Positions 13,860 through 37,773 of a stretch of 64,000 bases of DNA are shown one piece after another. Below the pieces are notes generated by a model. That model made no database searches and had not been told where the DNA came from. It worked only from the letters and a program-made list of their open reading frames with translations. Position numbers and translations under genes: made by a program. Origin of the DNA: the human T2T-CHM13v2.0 reference genome, Homo sapiens; assembly GCF_009914755.1 (NCBI RefSeq), contig NC_060941.1; one strand, written 5' to 3'. Within the stretch, counting starts at the first letter, position 1; every line of letters begins with the position of its first letter.

Positions 13860-14329
13860 TTACTATTAAAGGCAATTTAAAAATAAGAAAAAAGCAAGCT
13901 TCCTAAATGTTGTGATAAATATTATGACTTCCCTGTAGTGTTATATCTAACATAAAAACTGAAAGGTTAATGAGTTATGTCTGTTTGTAGTTCTAAATTC
14001 CATTGTAGTTTTCCTTTTTTGAAAGAAGTTTTGGTTCAAGAGATCTTTTGTACAGCATAGGGACTATAATAGTTAATTATGACACATTCTTAAAAAGTGC
14101 CAAGAGTGGATATTAGGTGTTCTCAAATCGCTTTTTCTTATCACTCAAAAGTGGTAACTGTGCAGTAATACATTTGTAAATTAGCTAGATTTAATCATTC
14201 CACAATGTACACATACTTTAAAACATGTTGTACACGATGAATACATACAATAAAAAAGAAATTAGCTGCATGCCAGATACAAGAGAAAAAACATGAAAAA
14301 GAAAGAAATTCTGTTTTCAAATTATTTTG

Positions 14330-15444
<1,115 letters not shown>

Positions 15445-15721
15445 TCAGTATTGATTTTTTTTTTCATGTACAAATTCACATTTTACTCTCTCAAGTATTA
15501 TCCCCATGATTGATACTCACATGTATTTTCCCTGAAGTACTTACTGTTCTCTGCATTGAAATAACAAGGTAACTACCCCTGGAGACCTCTCTAAATGTCC
15601 TAGAAGAGGTAAAGGGTACAATTAGAGTAATAGACCATCTATTGCCACTGACTAAGGTTGAAGTCAAAATTAGCACTCATCTTTATCTGCTCCATCCAGT
15701 TTGTTTCCAAACCTTCAGAGA

Positions 15722-18952
<3,231 letters not shown>

Positions 18953-19164
18953 GACTTTTAACAATTTTCACTTGAGCACCCACTTGAATATGCTTTTGTC
19001 TGGCCATAAAAATCCCACATGGGCACCCTCAGTTCACTAAATACTGCTGTAAACTCATATGACAGGGTCTCCAGTAAGTGAGCAAGTTTCTTTTCTCGGC
19101 ATCTTGGCTGAGCCACAGCACGAAAAGGCACACCTATCTTGTGATGTGCCTCAAGAGCCTATGA

Positions 19165-21072
<1,908 letters not shown>

Positions 21073-23740
21073 TTAGAACTCATAGTAACACATTTTATGC
21101 AGCAATCTCTGTCAAATTCATTAGTTTGATTTATACCCAGTGTATAATACACAAACACTGCACACTAACAATCATGTCAACTAAATTATTTTATTGAATA
21201 ATTAAATGAACATGCCTGATAAAAACATAACTCTGTCAAATTCAAATGAAGTCTTATCTAAGTATTTTCACATGTTAGGAGTATAGCGTATCTCTATGTA
21301 TGTCACTGAAAGCCAGAATTATAATTAAGGTTTATTTTTTGCAGGTAGCTAACAAGAAATTTCTTTTCCACAAATGAGTTTGCCAAGGCTAATTTGGTCA
21401 AAAGGTTTCTGTCCTTGGCTCCCCTGTTGCCACTACTGCTGGGTAATGGTTACACTAATCCTCTTTGCATGAGAGGTCCTGATGTGTTTGCTAAACCCAG
21501 ATCGCTGAAGCACTGGTCTGGTGACTATATTTTTTGAGAACCACTGCTCTAAAGCACCTAAATTATGTTTTCTGAAACTTTCCCTTCAGGCAAAATGGAC
21601 TAGTAAAATTTTTGCTGGGTAACTGAGACACAAAATAATGGCCTTAAAACCTTTTATCCTAATGCTTTGACTTTCTCTCTAATGTGGCTTCTACCACTTG
21701 TACCTAGAACAATTAACCACATCCTCAACATCAAATTATATTTATAAGGCATATTCAATGTGTTGACAGATTTAAGCTTATAGAATGACCAAAATAGAAT
21801 ACAGATAGGAAGCACCATAAATGTAACAAAACCACTTCAAAAATGTACCCTGCCATAGCCCTAGTAGTTTAACTAAAATCTTAAGCGACAATGAATTTAA
21901 GCTCAATTTGGGGGGTTAAAAAACAACAGATAAAATTCAGGAATGATTTTTTTAGACGTATGGAGTATTAGGCTGCTCATCTGAAATTATTCTCATCATT
22001 CTGAAACCTGTTGCTGTACAGCCCTGAGAGCTAATTTGTAAAGGGTTATTAAAAAAATAGACATGAAAACAAAAGATAATACCTAAAATACTTGCTGGCT
22101 GCCCTTCGTGGAAGGTGTTTGCCACCCCATGCACTGCAGAATCCTCTAGCTGTGGTTACTGAGCCTGGCTCTGATTGTTTTGAGGTGGCCATGGTGAGAA
22201 CCGCTCACAGGCAGATAGTTTGCCATCTTTGATCTGAAAGTTGAATTCCCTCTTTTGTTGAGAACCTCACATAATAAATTATTCTTTTGGACCTCCATAT
22301 TGTGTAATTCAGTACACTCCACTGATGGCTTTCATTGGAATATATATTATATAAAGAATAGATCAATATTTCTGTTCCTGGCCACATATTCCTGTGTATA
22401 CTATAAAAGATTGGTTTTGACATAGACAGTCTTCTTGAAATTCTGCTTTGTCAAGGATATTAATAATATAGTTTGTTTTATTAAAATCCTATTTTCCCCA
22501 TCTTCTCTCTGCTTGACCCAATTCCAATCATTCCACAAGCACAGCTTCATTCCATTAACATTGATGCAGCCCCTTCTGGGTATCACTCACTGTGCTGGAG
22601 GCTGGGAGAAAACAGTGAACAGGACAGGCCTGGCCCTGCCCTCACTGAGCGGACAGTGCTTCCACACTTTCTTACTTCTATGAGGAAGGAATGTATTTCA
22701 CAGGAGACATCCTAAAATCCTAGAAACTACAGTGACAATTTACAGCTCAGAATGGAAGAAGTAGGCAGAAAAAGGCTTGCCTTTCTTGAAAGTGTCCAGA
22801 AGGCAAGAATGAAAAGAAACAAGGGAATCTTAACACACCAATCTACTTTCACATAACATTTACAAATATGCATCAGAAAGTGCCCAATCATGGTTCAAGA
22901 AATCCTCAAGTTAGCCGACACAACTGAACAGCAACTCAACAGGGAGAATCCAAATTGAGACTAGAGGTCAGGAAATGCATCTCCAAGGAGTCATATTTAA
23001 GCAGAGACTTGAATGGTGGGATGTAAACATACAGGTGGAAAAAATGGGAAGAAGCATTTTCAGCAGGTAAACCCACGTGCAAAGGGTGAGAAGAGAGTGT
23101 GGCTCAGTGGACTGAAAGAAGGCCTGGTGGGGAGGAGGCAGGAGGTGAAACGAAGGCTGTCAGGAGGTGAGATGGTGAACCTTGCTGAGAAGTGTGTGCT
23201 ATCTTAGAAGCAATGGAAAGCTGCTGAATGTTGTAAACAAGCAACCAATTATATCTAATTTGCATTTTTCAAAGGTAACTTAGCAGCAATGTGGAGAACA
23301 TAATGTACTACTGAGTTCAGAGACAGGGAGACCTACAGTAAGAAAGCAATTGCAGAAAGCGAGGTGAGTGCAGCTTTGCATTAAGTGGGTGAGTAGAGCT
23401 AGAGAGAAGGAAATGCAGTTGAGTATAATTTGGAGATAAAGTATTCAGAATTTGCTATTTACTGGATGTGTCAAGGATGACTCCCAAGTCTCTAGTGTAA
23501 GTTCCTGGTGAATGACAGAACCACTAACAGAGACAAGGAATAGGGAAGGAAGAGTAGGCTTAGGGGTGTGTGAGCCAGGTGAAGAAAGCAAGTTGGGACT
23601 TGTTACATTTTAAGTGCTTGTGAGACAACAATGTTACTTGTTAGAGATGCCTTTGTGTTCTTAGTCACTGGTCCTATTGTCCAACTCTGAGGTCTTTCAG
23701 TCATCATAGGTCATTTCAGGCTTCAAAGTCTGGTAACAAT

Positions 23741-24139
23741 CAATGATAGACTGGATAAAGAAAATGTGGCACATACACACCATGGAATACTATGCAGCCA
23801 TAAAAAAGGATGAGTTCATGTCCTTTGCAGGGACATGGATGAAGCTGGAAACCATCATTCTCAGCAAACTAACACAGGAACAGAAAACCAAACACTGCAT
23901 GTTCTCACTCATAGGTGGGAGTTGAACAATGAGAACACATGGACACAGGGAGGGGAACATCACACACTGGGGCCTGACAGTGGGGGGCTAGGAGAGGGAT
24001 AGCATTAGGAGAAATACCTAATGTAGATGAGGGGTTGATGGGTGCAGGAAACCACCATGGCATGTATATACCTATGTAACAAACCTGCACATTCTGCACA
24101 TGTATCCTAGAACTTAAAGTGTAATTGAAAAAAAAAAAG
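23741..24139 (+). mobile_element. L1PA 3' end (~400 bp)
   Basis: ORF2 C-terminus [16 protein letters not shown], 3' UTR and A-tail. TSD CAAAGTCTGGTAACAAT at 23724-23740 and 24142-24158. Confidence 0.92.
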
Positions 24140-24186
24140 CACAAAGTCTGGTAACAATGTCTGGTATTTAAAAATAGCATTTTAAA

Positions 24187-24819
<633 letters not shown>

Positions 24820-25446
24820 TTAACCTAATTTAGTTATTGCTATGTAATCCAACTATGCTGGTTCTGCTGTACCTTATTAAATGTGTATTCATGTGTCTCA
24901 ACATTTTCTTTCAACAAATTCTTAGTTACACTCTTTTAGATGAATAGTTTGCTAGCAAGTTTAATTTGGGAAGTGATTAAAAATAAATCAGTGACTAATT
25001 GCATAATAACTTTAACAGGAATTAGAAAAAATAAAATAGTATTAAAATAGGATCTCATATCGAAAAGTATGAGAGGATGCTGTGTTTCATATGATTCTAG
25101 GATTACTAATAATACTTTCCTACTTAACATCAAATAAAAAGCTTAAGGCTATTAAAGTTTAGAGAAATGTATCCCATTTATTCTTAGATCAAAATATATC
25201 CTCTATTCATATGTTTGAATAAACTGAGAATGAGAATCTCATTCTCCAATTTGGCTACAAATAAATCCACATCTTCCCTCACCTGCACCAGCTCTTCAGC
25301 ACCTGGACACAGGACCGTGCTTCGCACATCTTGCTCAGCACGGTGCCCTGCACAGGGGAAAAGTTCCATGAGCAGATATTGAACCGAATTGAGCTAGTGT
25401 TCTTTTCTCTTTTCTTTTCTTTGCTTTGCTTCCCTTCGCTTCTTTT

Positions 25447-25858
25447 CCTTCCTTCCTTCCTTCCTTCCTTCCTTCCTTCCTTCCTTCCTTCCCTCCCTCC
25501 CTCCCTCCCTCCTTCCTTCCTTCTCTCTGTCTTTCTTTCCTATTATATCTCCCTTTCTTTTATTTCCTTTTTTTTTTTTTTGGCGGAGTCTCGCTCTGTC
25601 GCCCAGGCTGGAGTGCAGTGGCACACAATCTCGGCTTACTGTAACCTCCACCTCCTAAGTTCAAGCAATTCTCCTACCTCAGCTTCCTGAGGAGCTGGGA
25701 TTACAAGTGCGCACCACCACGCCCAGCTTTTTATTTTTAGTAGAGATGAAGTTTCACCATGTTGGCCAGGCTGGTCTTGAACTCCTAACCTCAAGTAATA
25801 CACTCGCCTTGGCCTCCCAAAATGCTGGGATTACAGGCATTAGCCACCACGCCCGACC
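25447..25858 (-). mobile_element. (CCTT)n/(CCCT)n simple repeat and AluS (~25567-25858)
   Basis: Visible simple repeat extending from the Alu tail. Confidence 0.85.
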
Positions 25859-26205
25859 TGAGCTACTGCTTTTTCTAATTAGCTTGACTATTTTCTGTGT
25901 TTTCCACACTGGGAGTAGATAACAAGGAGCAGCATTCTCTCATATGACTAAACATCAGTATTTCCAGGTTTTCCTTCATCAGGGAAGGTGACTACTTCCA
26001 CTTTCCTCCCATGTTGTTATCTTCCCGTTAATGCATTTTCTAAACTCAAATCTACTCAGAGCAGGCCCAGTACTGAATAGAAGGAGGTTCTATATGTAGC
26101 CTCTTTTTTCTCCATATGCTCCCTAAACATTTCAAAATACATATTCTTTATTTTTACAGAATAACAGGTTTATAAATATTAACATGTATTGATGCTGTTA
26201 AATAA

Positions 26206-26828
<623 letters not shown>

Positions 26829-27164
26829 CAATCTTTTTTTTTTTCTTTCTTTCTTTTTTCTGAGATGCCACACTCAGAGCCATCTGAGTGTCAGAAAACA
26901 GGACCACCCCTCACAGGAAATCCTCTTGTTGATTTGAAGGGCATTAGCTTTATTAACACCTACTCTGAAGCAGGTACTTTGCTAAACCCTGGAAATTTAA
27001 AGATGAATAAGACTCAATTCAAGTCCACCCAGGAAGTTAACTTCTAAAGTAACTAAAGACAGGATTATCAAGGTCTTCCATAAAAAACTAAGTTCTACAT
27101 GAACAGCTATTTAAAGGGCTGAAAAAAGTCATGTTCAATGTCAGTTTGGTTTTGTAACATGTCA

Positions 27165-27365
<201 letters not shown>

Positions 27366-27811
27366 TCAATGAGTCTGCAGAATATCTGGTGCCAACTGCA
27401 GGCATGAGAACAAGCACAGTGCAGAGCCTGGGCTGCACCTGGGTCCACACAGAAACACCATCAGAACAGGGAGGACAAAGTGGAGGAGTTTACTGTGAGG
27501 TCAGGCACTGCTCCACAGAGGGCAAGACTGCAGATGTGCCACATTAGCGATCAGAGATTTAAACAGTTGCCCCGAGGGGATGGGGCATTTCGGGCAGAAC
27601 AAACCTCCATGCAGGGCACAGAGGCACGGAAGGACACTGTCAGCTTACAGGGCAGTGCAACAGGATGGAACTTGTATTTTAGGAAACTACAGAGAGCTGC
27701 AGAGAGCTGAGTCTTGGGAGGTGGGCTGGGCCACATTGTAAGGGGCCTTGAATATCAAAATATGGAGCAGAGACTGGCTCCAGGCAAGGTGGGGTTAAGG
27801 GAGTTTTTTAA

Positions 27812-28256
<445 letters not shown>

Positions 28257-29603
28257 AGAGTGGGAATCTTTACAGCTCCATTTTACATACAGATCTAATT
28301 GGAAGGTAATTCACAATCAAGAATACGTTAATATAGAGACCATGTCATTTGGAATTTAACCAATTATTTGGAGGTGGTACAGTAGCACATTTATCTCTTG
28401 GTGTACATTCAGGTTTTGTCCTTTTTTTGTTTCTCCTTTTCTAAACAGCTATGATTAAATCAAAGTGGTGGTGATTTTGCAGTGACAATGACTCTGCTGC
28501 AGAGGCTTCCTGCGTCTCAGAACCTGTGTCCTTCCCTAGCCTGAGGCCAGAGTATGAGCGTGTCCTCCTTCCTCAGAGGGAGCCCTGCCTCCCTGCTCAA
28601 GAGTCTCTCCTAGGAAGGGGTGGGCTTGGGAGGCTGCCCTGGGGTGGCCCCAAGGCTCCTAATGACTGGTGCCTGGCATTTGCCAGCAGCCTCGGCCAGG
28701 TGCTCGTCAGGAATGCGGGGCTGTGAGGACACAACCCAGTAGAAACTGGTCATTTGGTGAGTCATATAGCGGGCATCGCTCAGCCCTGGATTAGGGTCAC
28801 AAAAAGATGACCCTCAGGAAAAGTCTCACGGAAAGTGGTCAATGTGGGCCTCTGAAAATGGGCCCAGAGGGAAGAGAGGCTGGGGAGGGAGGAGCTTAGG
28901 GGATCTGCAGAGCTAACGACAGAGGGACCCAGGATGAGCCAAGGCCTAGTGGGTCAACAGAAGGTGCTGGATGAAGCCGTGACAAGAACATGTGTTCAAG
29001 GCCGCTCCTCATGGCCATCTAGTTTCTGTCAGGATCACAGGCTGGGGCACATGCTTCTCCTACGGACTGAGGGCTGCTTTAGAAACCGATGTGTTTTCTT
29101 ATCAGAACACTTCTCGTCACCTCTGGAGAACATCCTGGCCTGGTCATCAGAGCCTCCAAGCGTCATGTGTCCCTTAAAATAAGTATACTTACCAATTACT
29201 CAAAGAAGCTCACAGTAATCTCCAGGTTATCTTGAACAACCAACCTGCTAAAGATGCCACAGGTGCCTCATCACTGAAGGAATCAGGTCTATGCCAGCTC
29301 AGCTACTTCCTAAAGTTAAACCTTGGAATACACACACATTGAGTTTCTCTACAGCTTTAGGATGCACAGTGGTTGTTATTGTTGCTAGACAAGTCCTTGA
29401 AGATTATCCTCTGACTCAAAGCTTTAAAGAAAAATCTTACTGGAAAGGAATTCTTTGGTGAGATGTAGATCAGCATGGCACGCTGTAGGCAACATTTAGG
29501 AAAGAAGGCTGATTTCTTCTCTCTCATTCCAAATGCCTTTGTGATACCTGCTTGGGCATTGCCCAGGGATTCCAGCGGTCAGAGGTTCTGTAGGATGGTT
29601 TTT

Positions 29604-29839
29604 CTTTTTTTTTAAATCCTGCCTCAGGTTTATTTGTACAAATAGCACAGGAGGACACCACCCCCACGCATATAGCAGCCCAGGGGTCACACCAGTCCTT
29701 CTGTTCTCAGATTGACAGAGACCTCTACTCTGAAGGCTTCGTGGGGGCCTGGACACCTTTGGAAGCCTGAGCTAGAACTGAAGCTGGAGCTGCAGACTGG
29801 GCCTTGGTTTGATCCTTGGCCTTTGGCCGGCAGAACCTG
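29604..29839 (-). pseudogene. 5'-truncated processed RPL29 pseudogene
   Basis: Minus strand encodes [35 protein letters not shown] (RPL29 C-terminus; stop 29725-29727). Followed by an RPL29-type 3' UTR ...GCTATTTGTACAAATAAACCTGAGGCAGG and an A-tail. Degenerate TSD at 29588-29605 / 29837-29854. Confidence 0.85.
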
Positions 29840-30089
29840 AAGGATGACATTTCTAGCAGAGCTCCAGGGAAGTCTTGCTGGACAGGGCATCTCCTCTGCC
29901 CCACCCTTGCTCCTCGAGTCCAGGCTCTTTGCATGGAGGCCCAGTGAACATGGCTGGAGCTCTGAACTTATGTGCTGGTGGACAAAGGTCAGTGACAATC
30001 ACAGGACACCCCTCTTAACCTATGCATGTAACTTACCAGTGGCTCTTTGGAAATATGGCCTCACCTCTGCTCTCTAGTTCACAGTGACT

Positions 30090-30158
30090 TGAATGCTTGG
30101 GTGTCAGGTTTGGACAGGGTCCCCTGAATGCCTGGGTGTCAGGTTAGGACAGGGTCCC
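30090..30158. repeat. 35-bp tandem duplication
   Basis: TGAATGCYTGGGTGTCAGGTTWGGACAGGGTCCC, two copies. Confidence 0.85.
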
Positions 30159-30313
30159 ATTTCAGGAGCTAGCAAATGGAAGAAAGCAGGAGGGCAAGGC
30201 AGCAGGCAGGTGATAATGTAGACTGTGGCCAGATGGAGTAGGTTCCAACCTTGGACCACCATTCATCTGCTGTGTGAACAGAGGGTGGACACCTTTAAGT
30301 GGTAGGGGACTCT

Positions 30314-33830
<3,517 letters not shown>

Positions 33831-35689
33831 AAGAGTGTGAGGGTCTCTCATAGGGGGGCATATTGTGATGGTAAGACAGAAATCAGTGGCATCCTTGAAA
33901 CGGTTGCTGGGAACTGAACTGCACCATCAGCAGAGAGGGCATAGTAGGTCCATTGGCGGCTGACCTATTAGAGGAGATACTGCGAGTGAGGTGCAGCTGC
34001 AGACTTGAGGCAGACTCACCAATGGTGAGGGAAGAGCAGCGAATGAGTCATAACCAGGGTCTGACCGTAAGGTGGCAGGATGTCAGCAAAGGCATGACTG
34101 GTGAGCTAAAAGGCCGGCTACTGGGTGGTGTCTGAAATGACCCTGTGATGAAAACTGTCCATGACCTGAGTGCTGAGTAATTGGTGAATAGGCCTGCAGA
34201 AGACACAATTATGTGAGGGACTTTGGGAAACCTGGGACAGCAAAAGCCACGGCACACTGAGGCTTGGAAAAATGGTTCCAAGGGGATGTAAAAGGAGTTG
34301 AAAGGTCTGGGTGGTAGTAGGCTTGGAGTTGCTGCATTGTGAGCAATGGCAGGCTAGAATGGGACAGGACCAAGAGGACTCAGAACTAAGCAGTAAGGTC
34401 TAAACACACTGTGTGTGTTGGAGGTGATGTCATAGGCACAAAAACTTGATCTTGGAGGTGGCTCAATCAACCATTTTGGGTCCTATCCATCTCTAATGGC
34501 TGCAAAGCACAACTGAGATGCCAAGTGTCTCTAGGAGGCACAGGCTGTAGAAACAGTGATAAGGGTGGCCTAAGGGTTAAACTCAAATGTGGCCTGAGGA
34601 GGGTGAAGAGCCTGAGGCCGACTGGTTGTAGATTTTGTCTGCCTGCCTTACTCTAAATATAGCCTCACAATTTGGACTCGATGGGGAAAGGGTGGGAGCA
34701 GGGTGAGGGATAAAAGACTACCACACATTGAATACAGTATAGACTCTTCGGGTGATGGGTGCACCAAAATCTCAGAAATCACCACTAAAGAACTTATTCA
34801 TGTAACCAAACACCACCTGTTCCCCAAAAACCTACTAAAATTTAAAAAAAGTAACAATAGCTTAACAGTGTTGAAAAGAATATAAGAATACAATAGTTCT
34901 TTCCTGATACAATTACATTTTCAATTTTATTAATTTAAGGGAGTATATTTGGGAATTCAGAAAGGTCAAGGGATGAGTACTCTTTAGATTTTTTAAAGGA
35001 AACATCAATTAGAATCATTTTGTTTTGCCATAAATAATGTCATATGCTGTTTAGTACACTGGAAATTTTTCTTCTATTATGTGACAAAAATCAAAGATGT
35101 ATTCCAAAAACTAATTTTCTCAACATCAAAATTTATGAGTAAATTATAATTTTAAAATTTTCCCTTAGAAATTCATGCATTCACAATGTTGATCTCCAGA
35201 ACAAGGATTGAATACATTAGTCAGACATCAGTTTCTTGATGTTTTGAATAATATAGTCTGGCAATTTCTTCTGTTTCTTAGCCTTCTGTATATAATACAT
35301 GGATATTGTCCATATTATTGAAATGCAAATTTATTGAAAGGATACTAGCATGTCCACTGAGATTTATAGTGTATCAGTTTTGGAAAAATCCCATCTCATT
35401 ATATGAAACTGTACTGAAATAAGAGCAAAACATTTGCAAACCATATAGCTTTAAGTAATTAGTGACTTGTTCAGGCCTGCCCCTTAAATTTTTCTGTTTT
35501 TGGAAGAAATCAATGAGTACAGACTGTTGAACTTGGATACTCCACATTTAAAGAATGCCATTTTAAATTCCATTCTTCCTGTAAAACTAACATTTTACAT
35601 CCAAAAAAATAAGTAAATATAGCCCCACAATTTGATGGAAATGGCAGGCTGTTGTATCATGTGGGACAATGGCTCATTCCCATTGAGTT

Positions 35690-36560
35690 GTGTGGTTAGT
35701 TGTCAATATGAGGGCCCATTGAACCTCTCCCTCTTTGTTATCAGGCAGAAGGACATTATCCACATAGTGCCACAAGTGGACATCAGGTGGCAGTCAGAGG
35801 GTAGCTAGATCTAGTCAATGCAACCTTGAGCCAGCAGAGGATTGTTGAGGTAGTCCATCAGATGCCTCCTAACGGTGTACTGTCAGCCTTCAAATCTGAA
35901 GGTGAACTGCACCTGATCTTCTTCACAAATAGACACAATATAACATGTTTGCCAGGTCAGTAACAAAACCAAGAGGGAGAAGCATTCTGAACTTCTTCAA
36001 AGACAATGACAATGCTGGGTAAGGGGACTCTAAAAGGAAGTACAGCCTTGTTGAGGTTGCGGTTTTTAGCAATGAGCCTTCATTCCTTTCCCTGGCCTTG
36101 AGAAAGGGCCATTGGTGAGTTAAAAGGTGAGATGGTGGGTTTCAGAACACAAGCTCTATTAACTGGGCAGATCCCCTCTGTGCCTTGCTTGGGTGATATT
36201 ATGAAGTACTGACCACCTGGAGGAGTCTGGGGAGCTGTAAAAGTTCCCAGTAGGCATGACCTACTTCCGTGCAAAGAACTTGGTGGGGTGAGACCCTCAG
36301 TTGGGGAACTGAAGTGCCAGAATGTCCAGGCCAATGATAGGAAATGGTCACTGAGAAATGGGCAGGAGAAACACTGGTGCTCAAGGGAGAAGGATGAGTC
36401 CTACCTTAACACTGAGCATGGCAGGCATCCTAAGGGCTCATCTTCCTCTCAGTCCATCAACGGGCACAGGAAGGCTGGTGCACTGCATGGGCAAAGCAGA
36501 GATAAGAATGACCCATTATCCAGTGTGTAATAAGACTATACACGTCTACAGGTTTGACCA
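35690..36560 (-). mobile_element. Fossil class III (ERVL-like) retroviral protease/RT fragment
   Basis: Manual minus-strand translation across frameshifts gives VLLHTG (DTG-like, ~36519-36536), VLKPTISPFNSP, E*RLIAKNRNLNK, DLANM, EDQVQFTFRFEG*QYT and LWHYVDNVLL (YxDD-like, 35755-35766), in retroviral pol order. Confidence 0.75.
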
Positions 36561-36579
36561 CCAGACTTGGATGTGATAA

Positions 36580-37650
36580 TCTGATTGACACAGGAAAAAA
36601 AAGCATTTGGCTAAATCCATCATATGATTAAAACCCTAACCAAACTAGAAATTGAAGAGTACTTCCACAATCTGGTCAAGTGCATCTAAGAAAACCTACG
36701 ATAAACATCCTCAACTAAGTTAGTGGGTAAAGAATGTTTACTCCATAAGATTGGAAACAATACATAAATAATCACTTTGACCACTTTCATCAACATTCTA
36801 CTGAAGGATTTTGCTCAAGAAATAATGCTAGGAAAAAAATCAGCCAATGGCTCTTCAAAACACTTAACGTGGAAAGGACACCCTATTCACTAAGTGGTTC
36901 TGGGAATAGTGGCTGACCATATGCATAAGAATGAAACTGGACCCCTCTCACTCACCTGTACAAAAATTAACTCAAGATGGATTAAAGGCCTAAATGTAAG
37001 ACCTAAAACTATAAAGATCCTGGGAGAAAACCTGGGAAAACTCTTCCAGACATGGGAATGCTCATACATTGTTGGTGGGTATGTCAATTAGTTCAACTTC
37101 TATGGAAAAAGTAGGGAGGTATCTCAAAGAACTAAAAGTACAACTACCTTTCGACCCAGCAATCCCACTACTGGGTATCTACCCAAAGGGAAAGAAATCA
37201 TTATATAAAAAGGCACTGCACTCCCATGTTTATCGCAGCATAACTTACAACAGCAAGGTCATGGAACCAAGGTAAGTATCCACCAACGGTTCATTAAATA
37301 AAGAAAATGTGGTGCATATACACCACAAAGTACTAGGCAGTCATAAAAAAGAACAAAATCATGTCCTTTGCAGCAACACAGATGCAGCTGAAGGTCATTA
37401 TCCTACGTGAATGCAGAAACAGCCAAATACTGCATGTTCTCATGAAGATGGAGAGAATACACTATGGGGACTCAAAAAGTTGGGGGGAAGAGTTGAAAAC
37501 GTACCTACTGGGTACAACCTCCAATATTTGGGTGATGGGTATGCTAGAAGCACACCCCCCCCCATTGTGCATGTGATATACATATAACAAACAAGCACGT
37601 GTACCTTCTGAATCTAAAATAAAATAGAAAAAGAAAAAAGCCAAAGAAAA
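36580..37650 (+). mobile_element. L1 ORF2/3'-end fragments (L1PB/L1MA-like)
   Basis: [21 protein letters not shown] and LPFDPAIPLLGIYPK peptides, then a 3' UTR ending AATCTAAAATAAAA. Confidence 0.8.
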
Positions 37651-37773
37651 ACATCCCGGGAATCCAGGGAGCAGCGGCTACTGCCTCCACTGCTCACTGC
37701 AGCCCGCAGATTCCACGCCGGCAGCTCCTGCCTGCGGGCAGTGGAGCTGCGGAGAATGGCGGGATGGGTCTAG

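Noticed and set aside
33840-34680. Unassigned non-Alu, non-L1 segment near the ERV fossil
   Set aside because: I could not find convincing integrase or env motifs by eye, so it is not called as a feature.
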